Shown in pieces: positions 18,500 through 26,871 of a stretch of DNA of 64,000 bases. This DNA comes from a virus. A model generated the notes under the pieces. That model searched no databases. It was not told the origin of the DNA and saw only the letters and a program-made list of their open reading frames with translations. The position numbers and the translations under genes are program-made. Positions within the stretch are counted from its first letter, which is position 1, and each line of letters starts with the position of its first letter. The DNA lies in IMG/VR virus record IMGVR_UViG_3300043446_003158, positions 96,001-160,000 of that record, one strand, 5' to 3'.

Positions 18500-19027
18500 T
18501 CACTTGTTTTCAATAAGATTAAGGTGATTAATTAGAAGAATAGTATAGTGTAAAACCTTGAACAAATCAGCACGAGGAGTGCCCTTGGTGTCATAGCGAT
18601 CAATATACTTGGTTACATTACCTGCACAGAATCCTTCGCGGCGATTATGTTTGATTTTGTCAAGAGTTTGCTCCTTTCCACCACCAGTGCGATCCACATA
18701 ATGCTGCCTATATGTGCTAGCAATATATTCTTCAAGTTGTTTAAGAATTTTATCTTCGTTGTATTTCCAAAAACCGTTTTTGTTAGTATCTTCAGGCATT
18801 TTAATATTATAAGAATTTAAAGAAAAAGTATCAGAAGACGCAAAAGGATTACCAGTCAAACTAATACCATCATAATTCCAAAAATCTTGGGAATGGTCTA
18901 CCATTCCACCAGGAAGATGAGATCCAGAAAAAGAAATGGTATCTGATCCACTTGCACCAAAAATGGTTGATTTTCCAGTGGAAATGTAGTCTGAATAGTT
19001 TGTTTCAAAATTTTGAGAGGCGGTCAT
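18500..19027 (-). CDS. DUF3310/SaV-like protein with Ser/Gly-rich N-extension
   Basis: HY..QTLD..GFCAGNVTKYIDRYDTKG..DLFKVLHY; probable start MTASQ. Confidence 0.7.
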   Translation of the reverse strand: MTASQNFETNYSDYISTGKSTIFGASGSDTISFSGSHLPGGMVDHSQDFWNYDGISLTGNPFASSDTFSLNSYNIKMPEDTNKNGFWKYNEDKILKQLEEYIASTYRQHYVDRTGGGKEQTLDKIKHNRREGFCAGNVTKYIDRYDTKGTPRADLFKVLHYTILLINHLNLIENK

Positions 19028-19040
19028 AATTCTCCATAGT

Positions 19041-19075
19041 AAAAAAACAAAGGGAAGGCATATCTTTACCTTCCC
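19041..19075 (-). terminator. Terminator after MoxR ATPase
   Basis: GGGAAGG..CCTTCCC stem followed by TTTGTTTTTTT. Confidence 0.7.
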
Positions 19076-19083
19076 CAATTATA

Positions 19084-20214
19084 TCAGAACGGAGCAGGTT
19101 GGTCAATATATTCAACCGTCAATTCAGGTTGAGTAGGCATCTGGAAATCAGCATCAACCTTGTCGTAAAGTTCAAGAAAAGATTGCTTAGTTGCATCATC
19201 AAAACGATTGATGCAAACTTGAATTGCTTTTGCCTTGTCATTAAAGATGCTGTAAGCACGGATAATATGAGTCAGGCGGCGGGTGCTGATAATTTCTTCA
19301 ATGGCACCTTCATAGAAGGTTTTACGAATTACATCTGCCCAATCCACCAGACGCTTGCAGAAATCACGGTCTTCCACGCCAAGGTCTAGAGCGATGCCTT
19401 CCAGGATCTTCTGCTCGGTTGCAGGAGCAGGATAGGACTGTTCAAAAGTCACAGGGAAACGCTCCAGGAATGCCTCATTGAGCACGTTGGTGCCGATGAA
19501 GCGCCCATCATCAGAACCCTTACCCTTGGTGTTGGCGGTGGCGAACACGTTGAACCCAGCAGCAGGTTTTACGAACTTACCAATCTTCTTCAGGAATACA
19601 CCCTTGCCTTCCAGAACGGATTGAAGACAGAGGATTTTGTTAGAGGCAAGGTCAATCTCATCCAGCAGAAGAATTGCACCACGCTCAAGTGCCTCAATCA
19701 CAGGACCATTGTGCCATGCAGTGTTCCCATCAACAAGCCTAAAACCACCAATAAGGTCATCTTCATCAGTCTCAATCGTAATATTTACACGAATCAATTC
19801 ACGCTTAAGTTGAGCACAAGCTTGCTCAACACTGAACGTTTTGCCATTACCCGAAAGACCCGTAATGAACGTAGGATAAAAAAGATTGGACTGAATAATC
19901 TTTTTAAGATCGTTAAAATTACCAAACTTGACGAAGGTATCATCTTTATCTGGAATGAGGTTTTGTTCCACAGAAGGAAGGGCAGCAGGAGCACTAAAAG
20001 AACGTTCAATTTCTTCTACACGTTCTTGAGTTACTTCAAGATTCCAGCGCCCACGATCAGTTTTAAATTGTTCCAAACGGCGTGTCACAGTAGGATAAGA
20101 AAGGTTGCGAGAAGCACAGAAACCACGGATGTCTCCCGCAGAAAGTTCGGTGCCGTAAAGAGTTTTGAGTGATTCAATCAGTTGTTCGTCGCTCACAGAA
20201 ATTTTACGAGGCAT
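19084..20214 (-). CDS. MoxR/CobS-like AAA+ ATPase
   Basis: Walker A GLSGNGKT, DEDDLIG, Walker B LLLDE, ATANTKG, NEAFLERF. Confidence 0.92.
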   Translation of the reverse strand: MPRKISVSDEQLIESLKTLYGTELSAGDIRGFCASRNLSYPTVTRRLEQFKTDRGRWNLEVTQERVEEIERSFSAPAALPSVEQNLIPDKDDTFVKFGNFNDLKKIIQSNLFYPTFITGLSGNGKTFSVEQACAQLKRELIRVNITIETDEDDLIGGFRLVDGNTAWHNGPVIEALERGAILLLDEIDLASNKILCLQSVLEGKGVFLKKIGKFVKPAAGFNVFATANTKGKGSDDGRFIGTNVLNEAFLERFPVTFEQSYPAPATEQKILEGIALDLGVEDRDFCKRLVDWADVIRKTFYEGAIEEIISTRRLTHIIRAYSIFNDKAKAIQVCINRFDDATKQSFLELYDKVDADFQMPTQPELTVEYIDQPAPF

Positions 20215-20246
20215 GATTTAGTTGGGTGATTTGTTTCAACAAAGTA

Positions 20247-20304
20247 ATTATACAAGCAAAAAGGGGGCAGGTAAGTGCCCCCTGTGACAGTTTAGAAATT
20301 GGTC
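20247..20304 (-). promoter_or_regulatory. Dyad motif + hairpin + TATAAT upstream of MoxR
   Basis: GACCAATTTCTAAACTGTCAC (20304-20284); AGGGGGCA-CTTACC-TGCCCCCT-TTTT; TATAAT (20252-20247). Confidence 0.7.
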
Positions 20305-20305
20305 G

Positions 20306-20479
20306 TCAGTCCATAGTAAACTTCTTTTTTGGAAGTGGTTTTTTAGGAGCAGGAACTGCTTCAACAACAGGTGCTGGTTCTACTACAGAAACTGCTTCAA
20401 CAACAGGTGCTGGTTCTACTACAGGTGCTGATTCTACTACAGGTGCTGGTTCTTGAAAAAAATCTGTAAATCTACTCAT
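20306..20479 (-). CDS. 57-aa Pro/Ala/Val/Glu-repeat peptide (not in ORF track)
   Basis: MSRFTDFFQEPAPVVESAPVVEPAPVVEAVSVVEPAPVVEAVPAPKKPLPKKKFTMD; GATAAATA at 20504-20511. Confidence 0.7.
   Translation of the reverse strand: MSRFTDFFQEPAPVVESAPVVEPAPVVEAVSVVEPAPVVEAVPAPKKPLPKKKFTMD
20355..20424. repeat. 34-bp direct repeat (36-bp period) within 18-bp PAPVVE-coding units
   Basis: actgcttcaacaacaggtgctggttctactacag at 20355-20388 and 20391-20424. Confidence 0.9.
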
Positions 20480-20509
20480 TAGATGCGATAGAATTCTATA
20501 AATTATTTA

Positions 20510-22663
20510 TCAAGCAACAAGTTCTACAAACTCACCAAGAATTTTCTTATTCATTTTTTTAGTCTTCAAACTTTTCACAAATGCACTTTTAATCTGTGCT
20601 TTTGTAGCATCTTCAGCAACAGAAAATTCAGATTCTTGAGAAAGAGCACTAGAAGAAAGACCAAAATAAGAATGATATCCTGAACTTTTGATGGAAAATG
20701 CTTTTTCCTTTTTCCAAGAAGTCATTACTTTATCATACTCACTTCCATAATAACCACAATAACGGCGAATAAAATTACCAGCATCACGAGATTCAAGAAC
20801 ACGAATTCCAATAAAATTAATATCCGCAAATTTATCCCTCAAGTTGCGAAGAAGAATATTAGTAAATTCATGCCATTCACAATCACACGAATAAGTCATT
20901 CCAGTTTTACGATCACGAAGGAATGCACTAGGTCCGATATGAGAAGTTCCAATATAAGGTTCATCTTCCCAACGGCGATGAACTTCACGGTGATACTTAA
21001 CAGGGCAAGCTTCACCATCGGTTAGAACAACACACTGAACCTTCTGTAGTTTGTTTTCTTTTTGAAATTTAGGAAGAATTTGGTGCATGGAAATAAGCGC
21101 CTCATTCAAAGGAGTTCCAGAAAGACTCATACCAGTAGGAACATTATACCTGGTATAAGATTTATAACCAAAACTTGCAGCAAGACGAAAGACGTTTTTC
21201 ATCTGTTCCTCAAGTACTTTACCATTTACTTTACTAGTAAACAGATTCATCATGGAGAACCATTCACCAACTTGAACAAGTCCATCTTTTTTCTTGTAGG
21301 CAAGTTGCCGAATGTTTGCCTTCCCATTTTCATCATAGGACCAAAGAGGATAATCTGTCGTAAACGCATAGACATCAAAAGGAATAGAAACTTTTTTACA
21401 GAACCAAATCAAGTTAAAAAGTTGTTTGACAGTATCCATCATAACTTCTTGCATGGATCCAGACCAGTCAAGAATAAAAATCAGACCATGGTTCTTACCA
21501 TCGGCAAGTGTTGTAACCTTTTTAAAAATATCTTCGTTATATTTGTAGGTATGAAGTTTGGAGCAGTCCAGAACACCCGTGCGGGCAGTAGAAGCACGAG
21601 CATAGGAGTCTGCTGCTTTACGGCATTCAAACTCTTTTACCAGATAGTTGACTTCCTTTTGAGCAGAACGCTTGAATTCAACAAACTGTTTGTCAACTTC
21701 TCCAAAAAGATCTTCATGAGTGTACCCAACATTCTCTGCATAGTCTGACCAACTTTTTTTGCAATTAGAATGAATCTCCTCATTTGGAACAATAACCTTA
21801 TTCAAATCAAGTTGAGGAAGTTCAAGATAAACATTCTCGTAACCATCAGAATTTACAAGATCCTTAAGTGCATCTTCAAGTGATTCCATCGTTTTTACTT
21901 CAGGATCACTTTCTTCACCACCTTCAATAGATGAAGAAGGTTTTTTCTCTTGCTCTGGAGTTTTTTCGTTTGAGGCAGAACCTTGCGATCCTTCAGAAGA
22001 AGGTTGGTCGTTTTCACCTTCTTGTTGATCCGTAAAATCAGATGCAGGTTGTTGACTTGCCCCACCCTGTTGAGATTCCAGATTATCAATCTGAATTTTA
22101 GTTTCTTCTTGTTGCTTTTGCTTACAATATTTGTACAGTTCTTCTGCCGCAATCAAAACATCGGCAAACGTTTCAGTTTCTGCAATCAAATTAATGATTT
22201 CAGTTTCTTGCCCACGCTCAATCGGAACATTTACATAATTACCAATCTTAAACCACAGGTTTGCACGGTCGGCAAGAGTATAAGTTTCCAGATTATCATC
22301 TTTAATTTGAAAGAAATCTTCGTCACAGAATTCCTTATAACCGTTATAAAAGGTCTTGGAAAGACCAGGATAACGGCGCTTCATCATCTTCTCAATACGT
22401 GCATCTTCTACGATGTTCACAAATTGGGGAGGAACTTTTACGTTTTTAGTCCAATCCTCATCAGGAGTATAGAGAGCATGTCCAACTTCGTGACCCACCA
22501 GAAGATCATACACGGTGTTGCTTGCCTTCTCCCACATAGGAAGTGTAAGAACACGGGTGTGAACGTTAAAGCAGGCAGTTTCTACCTTCTTGTGCTCAAC
22601 CACAAGGTCTTCGGTGGCAAGCAGTTTGGCAAGTTGAGACTTGATTTCGTGGCGAACGGTCAT
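20510..22663 (-). CDS. Zincin-like peptidase + vWA domain protein (CobT-like MoxR partner)
   Basis: HEVGH and NIVEDARIE; MIDAS DWSGS, GTPL, LTDGE; probable start MTVRH at 22663. Confidence 0.85.
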   Translation of the reverse strand: MTVRHEIKSQLAKLLATEDLVVEHKKVETACFNVHTRVLTLPMWEKASNTVYDLLVGHEVGHALYTPDEDWTKNVKVPPQFVNIVEDARIEKMMKRRYPGLSKTFYNGYKEFCDEDFFQIKDDNLETYTLADRANLWFKIGNYVNVPIERGQETEIINLIAETETFADVLIAAEELYKYCKQKQQEETKIQIDNLESQQGGASQQPASDFTDQQEGENDQPSSEGSQGSASNEKTPEQEKKPSSSIEGGEESDPEVKTMESLEDALKDLVNSDGYENVYLELPQLDLNKVIVPNEEIHSNCKKSWSDYAENVGYTHEDLFGEVDKQFVEFKRSAQKEVNYLVKEFECRKAADSYARASTARTGVLDCSKLHTYKYNEDIFKKVTTLADGKNHGLIFILDWSGSMQEVMMDTVKQLFNLIWFCKKVSIPFDVYAFTTDYPLWSYDENGKANIRQLAYKKKDGLVQVGEWFSMMNLFTSKVNGKVLEEQMKNVFRLAASFGYKSYTRYNVPTGMSLSGTPLNEALISMHQILPKFQKENKLQKVQCVVLTDGEACPVKYHREVHRRWEDEPYIGTSHIGPSAFLRDRKTGMTYSCDCEWHEFTNILLRNLRDKFADINFIGIRVLESRDAGNFIRRYCGYYGSEYDKVMTSWKKEKAFSIKSSGYHSYFGLSSSALSQESEFSVAEDATKAQIKSAFVKSLKTKKMNKKILGEFVELVA

Positions 22664-22684
22664 GGGTTTGTTGCGTATGGACCC

Positions 22685-22741
22685 ATAATACAAAAAAAGA
22701 GGGTGGTAAAACCCTCCAGTGTGCCAGTTTGAAAAGTGGTC
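22685..22741 (-). promoter_or_regulatory. Dyad motif + hairpin + TATTAT upstream of the vWA-peptidase
   Basis: GACCACTTTTCAAACTGGCAC (22741-22721); GAGGGT-TTTACC-ACCCTC-TTTTTTT; TATTAT (22690-22685). Confidence 0.7.
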
Positions 22742-22750
22742 CCAATATTT

Positions 22751-23707
22751 TTACATAAAGTTTTTTCTACCACCATGAGCAGCCATTACTGAAGCAATTG
22801 CTTGGCGAGAAACTTCTCTACGTCTCTCATCAGCGGCTTTACGTTCAGCATCACTCATGGGTTTTGCTGGTTTTTGTGGTTTTGTAGATCCTCTACCAGC
22901 ACCAACTCCACCTCTCTCAAGTCTTCTATCATTTGCTCTATCAGACTCTTCCTCACTAATCATAATATTTTGTTTCCATTCTCTACTCATGTTTTCTAGA
23001 ATTGCAAGTGCTGCTTCTTCAGTATCTGCATAACCTTCATCAATTAAATATGCCATAATATACTCATCATTTAAACCTTTCCTTGCTACATGACCAGCAA
23101 GTTTAGCAGCACCAGATGCTCCCTTTCCAACTTCTTTTGCAACTCCACCAACATGCCCTGCTGCTTTTTTAATAGTTTTTCCAGTTTCTTTTGCAGCATT
23201 CATAGCAGCATTATGTCTTGCAATTCCTCTATTAATTGCACCAGCAACACGATCTAATACACCTGGTTTTTTAGGCTGTTTCTTTGCAGCAGCAGAAACG
23301 GCAGATTGTCTCTGTAAAGATGCCTTCATTCCTGATGGTTTTGCTGCAGATGCTTTTGATTCTGCATCTCTTCTTGCTGCCTTTTGAGCACGAAGTCTTT
23401 CAAGAGACTTACCAGTTGGTTTACCAGATTTGAACTTTTGCCCCTTTGCAGTCACAGGTTCAATTCTAGTACCACCTGCTCTTGCCTCACTCAAAACATA
23501 TTCTTCAGCAATATCATAAACAAACTCGGTAAATTCTTCATCACCAAGTTCTTCAATCAAAATATCAATACCTTCTTCGTTTAAACCCATCTCATAGAAA
23601 TATTGTGCAGCAATTTCTACTTCTTCTGAAAATTCTTGCGTTACATCTTCCTGGGCATATACATTTTCATATGCCTCAAATAAGGATTGCATTTCCGTTG
23701 CTTTCAT
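22751..23707 (-). CDS. Putative internal head protein with alternating acidic and basic modules
   Basis: Acidic helical segments flank Ala/Lys/Arg-rich segments beginning after LSE and ISEE; TATAAATA at 23729-23736. Confidence 0.7.
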   Translation of the reverse strand: MKATEMQSLFEAYENVYAQEDVTQEFSEEVEIAAQYFYEMGLNEEGIDILIEELGDEEFTEFVYDIAEEYVLSEARAGGTRIEPVTAKGQKFKSGKPTGKSLERLRAQKAARRDAESKASAAKPSGMKASLQRQSAVSAAAKKQPKKPGVLDRVAGAINRGIARHNAAMNAAKETGKTIKKAAGHVGGVAKEVGKGASGAAKLAGHVARKGLNDEYIMAYLIDEGYADTEEAALAILENMSREWKQNIMISEEESDRANDRRLERGGVGAGRGSTKPQKPAKPMSDAERKAADERRREVSRQAIASVMAAHGGRKNFM

Positions 23708-23743
23708 TTTTATAAAAACGTTTTTAGTTATTTATAAAAAGAC

Positions 23744-23962
23744 TCATTCTTCATCCGCATGAGGATTTGCTTTTTTATCAGTTTTTACTGTATTTCTATA
23801 CTTGTTAATTGCGGTAGATAGTTTATCAAAATGTGATCTAGCTTGAGATGCTGTTTGTTGTGCGGCAGCATCTGTAGCATCACTCCTTTTTTTCAAATTT
23901 TCTAATCTATCTTTAAATTGTTGAGATTTACTTTCAATTTGAAATTCTTGAAAGGTTTTCAT
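23744..23962 (-). CDS. Small protein with T4-type capsid targeting sequence
   Basis: Begins MKTFQEFQIE (T4 internal protein CTS MKTYQEFIAE); TATAAATA at 23981-23988. Confidence 0.75.
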   Translation of the reverse strand: MKTFQEFQIESKSQQFKDRLENLKKRSDATDAAAQQTASQARSHFDKLSTAINKYRNTVKTDKKANPHADEE

Positions 23963-23975
23963 TTTAATTAATTTT

Positions 23976-24119
23976 TTAGATATTTATAAATGAAGAAGCG
24001 CCCCCTTGGAGGCGCTTCTTGAGTGCTTGGCGTCGTGCCTTTGCTTGTCGGAGTGCTTGAGGTTTAAGTTTCCTCTTCTGTTCCTTTTTGGAGTGGTGTT
24101 GCCAGTTGGGGGTGTTCAT
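23976..24119 (-). CDS. 47-aa basic peptide (not in ORF track)
   Basis: MNTPNWQHHSKKEQKRKLKPQALRQAKARRQALKKRLQGGASSFINI. Confidence 0.65.
   Translation of the reverse strand: MNTPNWQHHSKKEQKRKLKPQALRQAKARRQALKKRLQGGASSFINI
23981..24020 (-). terminator. 10-bp perfect hairpin followed by late promoter
   Basis: AAGAAGCGCC..GGCGCTTCTT (24020-23993), then CATT-TATAAATA; U-tract weak. Confidence 0.55.
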
Positions 24120-24120
24120 T

Positions 24121-24909
24121 TTAGGTTACGGCCCAGTCTATGACCGTGCGAATTTGTTGGTTGTAAGACCATACAGACTTTAGCATATCAGCATCCACTC
24201 CGTGGGTTTCCATTTGAACTATGAGGGAATTCAGATCTTTAGGGAAGCAGGTGCCACCAAATCCACGATCATTATCAAATCCAGGAACTTGAGTATGAGA
24301 TTGCCCAATTCTACTATCGGAAGTTACACCAGAACACACCGTATCATAATTCATCCCTACTGCTTCGCAGAGATCATACATTTTATTAAAGTATGCAACC
24401 TTCAGTGCTAGGAAACTATTGGCAAAATATTTAATTGCCTCACTTTCATCAGAAGTAGTTATAACACTTGGAATTTCTGGAAATATAGTTTTAAAGAAAT
24501 TTACAAATTGCTGACAAATATTTTTGTCTCCACCAACAACATTTCTTTCAGAATTTCTAAAATCCTCAACAGCATTTCTTGCAGTTAAAAATTCTGGATT
24601 ATGAATAACTTTATATTTTTTAGAATATTTTTTAGTAGTTCCAATAGGTACAGTTGATTTAATTACAAAAATACCATCAACAGTTTTTGGAAGATCTTTA
24701 AAAAAATTATCTAAAATTGAAAGATCACATTCTCCAGTACTTTTCATGGGAGTGGGGAGACAAACAAAAATAAATGCTTGTCTTAAAACTTCATCTAATG
24801 TATTGAAAGATTTATTTTTATCTACATCAAAAACTTTACAAGTTACTTTATCTCTTAAATTTTGATATACTGCATTTCCAACAAATCCATTTCCAATAAT
24901 TCCAATCAT
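24121..24909 (-). CDS. ugd: UDP-glucose/GDP-mannose dehydrogenase family, short form
   Basis: GNGFVG, VCLPTP, IKSTVPIG, NPEFL, KYFANSFLA, GFGGTCFPKD; only 262 aa. Confidence 0.88.
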   Translation of the reverse strand: MIGIIGNGFVGNAVYQNLRDKVTCKVFDVDKNKSFNTLDEVLRQAFIFVCLPTPMKSTGECDLSILDNFFKDLPKTVDGIFVIKSTVPIGTTKKYSKKYKVIHNPEFLTARNAVEDFRNSERNVVGGDKNICQQFVNFFKTIFPEIPSVITTSDESEAIKYFANSFLALKVAYFNKMYDLCEAVGMNYDTVCSGVTSDSRIGQSHTQVPGFDNDRGFGGTCFPKDLNSLIVQMETHGVDADMLKSVWSYNQQIRTVIDWAVT

Positions 24910-26618
24910 ACACTAATCCTACTAAATCCTTTTACTTTATCAAATTTTATCACATTTTCAAATTTATCGTGCAAATCTGTTTTATGAGAGATCACAAAGA
25001 TATTAGCATCTTTGATCACATAACGGATAATCTTAAGAAACTCATCAGTTCCGAATCCATCAAGCGATGAATCAAAGACCTCATCCATAATCAGCAGATT
25101 GGTATTGACGGAGTTTTTGACTCGGGCGACTTCTCTCCAAGTGAAGAGAAGGGCAAGGTCGATTCTCATTTTCTCACCCTCACTAAAGGAACTATAAGAA
25201 AAGTCTTCGTGAATGGGTGATTTTACTGTTTCATTAAATTCTTCATCCAGATGAAAATTAATATAAAAGTCCATCATCTGAAGATAACGATTCACCTGCT
25301 GATTTATGAACGGAAGATACTTCTTAATGATCTTCGTTTTAACGCCATCGTCCTTGAGTAAGGAATAGGCAAAATCGTAATAAACGATTTTTTGTTTTTT
25401 GTTTGAAAGGTCTTCTATTGTGTTTTGGAGATTAGTTTGAAATTCTTCTAGCTTCTCATGTTCAGTATTTCTGTTTGCAAGGTTTTTGGTAATAGTTTGA
25501 ATTTCAGATTCAAGTTCTCGTATTTGTCTCTGGTTGAGTGAAATGCGAGTATTGTTTTGAGAAATCTCATGGTTGAGTTTTGTAATCTCCTTGGAAAGAA
25601 CTGTAAATTGACGCTCTCGTTCTTTTTCTAATTCTATTGCCTCCTCAAGTTCTTGAAAACCTTTCTGGAGTTCCTTTGCTTTATTTTGAGCATCTACAAT
25701 TCTATTTAACCGAAATTCTTCTTCTATAGTTTGAGTGCAAGTAGGGCATACCGTATTTTCAGTAAAAAACTTATGCTCTTTGGTAATAGTAAATACTTTT
25801 TGAGATAATTTCCCCTTTAAATTGTTAAGCTTTACTAACTTTTCTTCTGCACCAATAACTTCTTCTTGCTCTTTAATGTACTTAAAAATACTTTCTTCAA
25901 TAACAGAATTATCTGTCATATAAACACCAACTTCATTATCTAAATTGGCAATCTTTTCTTTATTGGCATTTATATTGGCATTTCCACGATTCTCAAGTTC
26001 TTCAATAAAATCTTGTTGCATTTTAATTTTGTCTTTAAAATTTTCTTTTGCAACATTTAAAGATTTAATTTCATCCTTTTGAGCACGAATTTTATCTTTG
26101 ACAATATTATTCATCGCAGAAAAAATACGAATATCTAAAAGATCTTCAATTACCTCACGTCGATTTGCAGAAGTCAACTGCATAAAAGGAACAAATGCAC
26201 TACTTCCCAAAATTACAATCTGGGTAAAAGATTTATAATTTACTTTAAGAATATTCTCTTCAAGAATTCTTTGATTAGCACGATCATCCGCTTCTTTGTG
26301 AAGAGGTTGACCATTTACTTCAATATCAAAAACATTTGGTTTAATTCCACGGCGAACCAAATAATCTCTACCATTAACAGAAAATTCAATTTCAACTAAA
26401 CAATCTTTTTCGTTTACAGTATTGACTAACTGTGGTTTATTAATTTTACGAAAAGGTTTATTAAAAAGAACAAACGTAAGAGCATCAAGGATTGTAGACT
26501 TTCCTGCTCCGTTTGTTCCAATAATTAAATTTGTATTGTTTGATTCTAAATTAACTTCAGTAAATTGATTTCCAGTTGAAAGAAAATTTTTCCACTTGAT
26601 TTTATGAAATACTAACAT
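24906..26618 (-). CDS. gp46: Recombination endonuclease ATPase subunit (Rad50-like)
   Basis: GTNGAGKS, CPTC hook, FSEGEKMRIDL, MDEVFD, ISH. Confidence 0.96.
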   Translation of the reverse strand: MLVFHKIKWKNFLSTGNQFTEVNLESNNTNLIIGTNGAGKSTILDALTFVLFNKPFRKINKPQLVNTVNEKDCLVEIEFSVNGRDYLVRRGIKPNVFDIEVNGQPLHKEADDRANQRILEENILKVNYKSFTQIVILGSSAFVPFMQLTSANRREVIEDLLDIRIFSAMNNIVKDKIRAQKDEIKSLNVAKENFKDKIKMQQDFIEELENRGNANINANKEKIANLDNEVGVYMTDNSVIEESIFKYIKEQEEVIGAEEKLVKLNNLKGKLSQKVFTITKEHKFFTENTVCPTCTQTIEEEFRLNRIVDAQNKAKELQKGFQELEEAIELEKERERQFTVLSKEITKLNHEISQNNTRISLNQRQIRELESEIQTITKNLANRNTEHEKLEEFQTNLQNTIEDLSNKKQKIVYYDFAYSLLKDDGVKTKIIKKYLPFINQQVNRYLQMMDFYINFHLDEEFNETVKSPIHEDFSYSSFSEGEKMRIDLALLFTWREVARVKNSVNTNLLIMDEVFDSSLDGFGTDEFLKIIRYVIKDANIFVISHKTDLHDKFENVIKFDKVKGFSRISV

Positions 26619-26871
26619 TTTTAGGGGGAATTACGATATCGTCAGGAGTAATTACAGCGTATTTGTAATTATACATCTTGCAAGTTTTTATTGCAAGTTC
26701 GTCGTCAACCTCAACAACGTCCATCTCTGTTTCTTCTTGATCTTCAAGCATCAAAGCATAACGTGTTGCATCATCCTCTTCTTCAAAAAGAAATAAAACT
26801 TTTTGACCGTACTGATCTTGTACGGCATATGCTCCGTCGTCTTTTTTATCTTTTAGAGTTAAAAGAAACAT
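26602..26871 (-). CDS. Conserved hypothetical protein (DUF3110-like)
   Basis: VLFLFEEEDDATRYALML; usual gene between gp47 and gp46 in cyanomyoviruses. Confidence 0.7.
   Translation of the reverse strand: MFLLTLKDKKDDGAYAVQDQYGQKVLFLFEEEDDATRYALMLEDQEETEMDVVEVDDELAIKTCKMYNYKYAVITPDDIVIPPKNVSIS

Noticed and set aside
19084-20214. Calling the AAA ATPase cobS (cobalamin auxiliary gene)
   Set aside because: No cobN or other cob genes; partner has a peptidase motif; only MoxR family membership is supported
20348-20452. Possible CRISPR-like or regulatory repeat array
   Set aside because: Repeats are adjacent, in-frame multiples of 18 bp with no unique spacers; they encode PAPVVE
21062-22732. Long plus-strand ORFs (228 aa and 249 aa)
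   Set aside because: Antisense shadows of the vWA-peptidase gene; no motifs, RBS or promoter recognised
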